Virus record (IMG/VR): IMGVR_UViG_3300017646_000189
Span: 1-35,972 of that record
Origin: a virus
Lineage: Duplodnaviria > Caudoviricetes
Length of the DNA stretch: 35,972 nucleotides
Reading direction: 5' to 3' (one strand)
Part shown: positions 32,657 to 35,972 of the stretch, piece after piece
Layout of the letters: each line of letters opens with the position of its first letter
Position numbering within the stretch: position 1 is the first letter of the stretch
The notes under the pieces: model-generated
The model's input: the letters and a program-made list of their open reading frames with translations, nothing else
What the model was told of the DNA's origin: nothing
Databases searched by the model: none
Made by a program: the position numbers and the translations under genes

Positions 32657-32773
32657 TTTCAACACTGGTCGGGCCGTCTGATCCTGCCTTGTTTTTACTG
32701 GTTTGGTCCGGTTCTCGTCTTTGCTTTGCCTGGGATTGGCAAGGTTCGCAGAGACCTGAGCACATCCGACAGG

Positions 32774-33320
32774 ACCATCACCGAGCGCCGCCTCAAGGAC
32801 AGCACCGTCGTCTATACCGCACAGGTCCGGATAATGCGAGACGGCAGAAGGGCCTCCGCGTCCTTCGAAAGCCGACCCGCCGGGTAGGCCTGGTTGGAGG
32901 CCGGAAGAAGACGGCCGGCTTCGAGAAGAAGGAGGGCGCGCGGGCTGGCGGCGCCACCCTGGCGGATGCGATCCACCAAACGGATCGGCAAGGCGAAGGC
33001 CCAAATGCTGAAGTCGTGCAGACGATGGGCCACAATCACGAGCGGATCTTCCCTACACCACCCTGCGGCAAGCGCGACATTCGCCGGGGGGCCAGCTTCT
33101 CGGCATTGAGGATCTGCATTTACACGACCAGCGCCATGGGGGCGTGTCGCGGCTGTCCAAGATGGAAAAACGATGCGGCAGGCCGCAAGCTTCTCGGACC
33201 CTCGGAATTGGCCAGGCTCGCAGAGATATATTTGCGGGCGACTGGCGACAAATGGACCGTCTGGGCACGGTTCGACAAAATCGCGCCGCCTGAGGACGTG
33301 AAGAAACAAGCGCATGAATA
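32774..33320 (+). pseudogene. Decayed tyrosine integrase (dusA-associated type)
   Basis: Fragments in shifting frames: TITERRLKDSTVVYTAQVRIMRDG, an in-frame TAG, ATLADAI, IGKAKAQML, ERIFP, LGIEDLHLHDQRHGGVSRL and LRATGDKW. About 550 bp, so it has a large internal deletion. Confidence 0.85.
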
Positions 33321-33549
33321 GCTCTCGGTCGAAATGCAAAAGCTCCCCATCCTGCGGGGCTTTCTGCCGTTTATATGCAGGCCGCTTCTTTCGCCCCGCC
33401 CGCGCCGCTTTCCGAGCTTTTCCGCAACCTGACTAAAAGGACAAGTTGAGTCCCATGGAGCTTAAAGCAACACCCTCCAAGGCGGGTGAGCAGAACAATT
33501 TTTCTCTCATTACGCCAAGCGGATCGGTAACTTACACGAGGAGAGTGCA

Positions 33550-34689
33550 GTGCCTGATACAACCGTAAACCTCATGTGGATCGGCAATCGTCAACCATTG
33601 CTTGATCCAACCCCCGGCAGCAATATCAGTCAGACCCAAGCCAACCAGATCGTCGGCTGGATGGCCGAAGGCAAGGATGAAATCAAGCCGGTAGAATTGA
33701 CCGGGGATTACTATACCAGCGGTGGCAATCATTTTAAGACGACCTATCAGGGCACCGCTCAACAGCCGACCAGCCAGTTTTCCTATACTGATCCCGCTGG
33801 CGACCCGCAAAGCGGGGTCACGATAACGACCTTCGTAAGCGCCCGCTTTGCGATCACCGTGCATGATGAAGACGGCAATCCTTCCGTGGTGCAGCAGAAC
33901 GGCGTCCTCATTCAGATGAGCAACGGTGATCTGTTCTTTCGCCCATCGGCGAGCACCGTGAACGATTGGGACAGCATCACGCGATTCTCAAAGGTCGAGG
34001 TCTTGTCGGCCACGCCGATCGACAACACCGTAGCCACCATCGGCTTCAACGCCGACATATTTGAAACGGACATCGTCTGTTTCGTTCGCGGCACCTTGAT
34101 CGAATGCGCCGATGGCTCGCGGCCGATCGAAAGTCTCAAGGTGGGAGATCTGGTTCAGACGCTGGATAACGGCCATCAGCCCCTCCGCTGGATCGGGTCG
34201 GTGAAACTCGGCGCCTCGGCGCTGAAGGCGACGCCGAAGCTGCTGCCCATCCGCATCAAGGCCGGTGCCTTGGGGACGGAAACCCCGTCCTCGGACCTTC
34301 TGGTGTCGCCCCAGCACCGGGTTCTTGTCCGGTCGAAAGTGGCCCTGAAGATGTTCGGTGCTACCGAGGTGCTGGTCGCGGCCAAGCAGCTTTTGCAGAT
34401 CGAGGGCGTCGATGTCGCCGAGGACCTGCACGAGGTCGAATATTTCCATCTGCTTTTCGACCGGCACGAGGTGGTGACATCGAACGGCGCGCCGACCGAA
34501 TCGCTCTATACCGGGGCGCAGGCGCTTCAGTCGGTGGGCCAGGCGGCGCGGGAGGAGATCTTCACCCTGTTCCCCGAGCTTCGCGAAAAGGAGTTCGTGC
34601 CGCAGCCCGCACGACCGTTGCCTTCGGGCCGCAAGGCCCGGAAGCTGACGGTCCGTCACATCGAGCACCATCGCCCGCTGGTCTGCTGA
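33550..34689 (+). CDS. Hint-domain protein (Hint_2, bacterial intein-like type B)
   Basis: VCFVRGTLI, IESLKVGDLV, LLVSPQHRV and YFHLLFDRHEVVTSNGAPTES motifs. GAGGAG RBS. Confidence 0.92.
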   Translation: MPDTTVNLMWIGNRQPLLDPTPGSNISQTQANQIVGWMAEGKDEIKPVELTGDYYTSGGNHFKTTYQGTAQQPTSQFSYTDPAGDPQSGVTITTFVSARFAITVHDEDGNPSVVQQNGVLIQMSNGDLFFRPSASTVNDWDSITRFSKVEVLSATPIDNTVATIGFNADIFETDIVCFVRGTLIECADGSRPIESLKVGDLVQTLDNGHQPLRWIGSVKLGASALKATPKLLPIRIKAGALGTETPSSDLLVSPQHRVLVRSKVALKMFGATEVLVAAKQLLQIEGVDVAEDLHEVEYFHLLFDRHEVVTSNGAPTESLYTGAQALQSVGQAAREEIFTLFPELREKEFVPQPARPLPSGRKARKLTVRHIEHHRPLVC

Positions 34690-35222
34690 TCGGCGCGCAG
34701 AGCTGCCGCGCGGCCACGGAGAAATCCGTGGCCCTTTGCTGTCCCGCCGCAGGGCGCTGCAGATCGCTCGATTCAATTGCCGATGCTAACCAAGACCGCA
34801 GGTTGCCGCATGGCGCGCTCTCGGCAATATGCCATCGTGGTCAAACGGCGGTGTGGTTGACCCCTCTGATCGGGCGGGCCCTCGGGTCCGCCCGCTGCAG
34901 TTTCAGCGCCCGGCGCGCTTGATTGCCGCTCCGATCTGTCGGCCGGGGTCGAAGGCGGCCTTCCCGTCTTCGGCCGCCCTTGCCAAGGGCTTTTCTTGAC
35001 TTCCGGATTGTCTCTTGGAAGCCGCTCTCACATCGCTTTCTTACTTGTTCCGCCAGTCCTTCGGCGCCACGGACAGCCGCGCCACCCGTTCCAGAACCTT
35101 GCCGGCAGTTCGGCCGAAGCCATGGGCCGCACCCTTTACCGCTGACCGCCTCCGGTCCTTGCATCGCAAGGCGGTCGCTATGGCAGGCAATGGCAGTGCG
35201 GCCAAGCCCGCAGCGGTCCGGC

Positions 35223-35972
35223 CTATCCCATGTTGCGGGTCATGACCGGACCGGCCCCGGCGCCCGGCCGCAGGAACAGCAGGGCGCCGTCCGTTGCGCT
35301 GCCCCTGGCGGGTTCGAAATGCCGCTCCCATTCGCTGCCCGGATCGTCGAGGGCCAGGACCGCGCCGCGCCGGGCCACCTCTTCCAGGAAGCGCCGCCCC
35401 GCGCCGCGGTCCAGGACCTGCCGCACCGCCGGATGGCGCAGCGCGGCGGCAAGGCGCCGGTTGCAGCGCGGCATGCCGTCGGCCAGATGGGTGTCGTGGC
35501 GCAGGTCCAACAGGGCGATGCGCCACAGCAGCGGCAGCAGCGCGACGTCCAGGTTGGCCAGCGGCGGGTTCGGGTCGCCGTCCGGCAGCGCATGTTCGAT
35601 CCGCGCCAGCCGGTTGCGCAGGTCATGCACCGCGATGTCCAGATCGCGCAGGTTCCGCGCCGCGATCACCGCCGCAAGGGCGCCCTGCGCGCGCAAGGCA
35701 CCGCCCATGATCTCGCGGTGGCTGGCGCGCAGCTCGGGGTTGGCGGGATGCAGGCGCCGGTCGGGATGCAGGTCCTCGATCAGCTCGATCATGGCGAGCC
35801 CGTCCTCGATCGCCATCACCACGCCGTTCGCCTGCTCGACCACCAGCCGAGCCCGCGCTCCGACCAGCCAGTTGATCCTTTGCCCCCGCAGGACCAGCGC
35901 CAGCGCCGCACGTTGCGCGACCGGGCAGCCCTCGGGACCGATGATCCTGAAACCGGGACATTTCTGCCGCAT
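35223..35972 (-). CDS. Glutathione S-transferase-like protein (divergent)
   Basis: CPVAQRAALAL, EDGLAMIELIEDLHP and LANLDVALLPLLWR resemble GST N- and C-domain motifs. The start is at the window edge. Confidence 0.5.
   Translation of the reverse strand: MRQKCPGFRIIGPEGCPVAQRAALALVLRGQRINWLVGARARLVVEQANGVVMAIEDGLAMIELIEDLHPDRRLHPANPELRASHREIMGGALRAQGALAAVIAARNLRDLDIAVHDLRNRLARIEHALPDGDPNPPLANLDVALLPLLWRIALLDLRHDTHLADGMPRCNRRLAAALRHPAVRQVLDRGAGRRFLEEVARRGAVLALDDPGSEWERHFEPARGSATDGALLFLRPGAGAGPVMTRNMG

Noticed and set aside
32546-33350. ORFs 32546..33004, 32689..33321 and 32812..33339 as genes
   Set aside because: They are chance frames across the dusA fragment and integrase pseudogene. The integrase motifs are scattered over several frames.
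33550-34689. Hint domain as a canonical intein or part of the prophage
   Set aside because: It lacks the terminal HN-C/S/T splice motif and a split host protein, and it lies outside the att boundary.
34690-35222. Short ORFs or an ncRNA in the intergenic region
   Set aside because: No motifs, RBS or recognisable RNA structure that I can support.

Overview
Positions 1 to ~32,600 are most of a temperate, HK97-like siphovirus prophage. The host is probably a GC-rich alphaproteobacterium of the Rhodobacteraceae/Paracoccus type (inferred from gene content). The minus strand carries the cro, early-right and late genes: DNA methyltransferase, replication initiator with an iteron/DnaA-box origin, late regulator, HNH, terminases, portal, protease, capsid, head-tail genes, tail tube, frameshifted chaperone, tape measure, tail tip, tail fibre and an FAD-oxidoreductase-like gene. 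The plus strand carries cI, a low-GC accessory gene and the early-left operon ending in a PrtN-family gene. The prophage ends at a truncated dusA 5' fragment (att site, ~32,590). A decayed dusA-associated integrase, a Hint-domain gene and a GST-like gene follow. The most notable finding is an unannotated 53-aa antisense membrane-protein gene just upstream of the tape measure gene. Its C-terminus matches the phage's own tape measure protein (RSEDLRKELKGMGL vs RSRALREELRDMGL, 9/14 identical) at the edge of a low-GC tape measure segment, suggesting a TMP-mimic exclusion or defence system. Also notable: an FAD-oxidoreductase fold with apparently altered conserved residues in the tail-fibre module, a BrnT/BrnA cassette bridged by an antisense ORF coupled at both ends, and a possible Acb2/Tad1-like hairpin protein. 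Family calls come from motifs recognised by eye, not from database searches.
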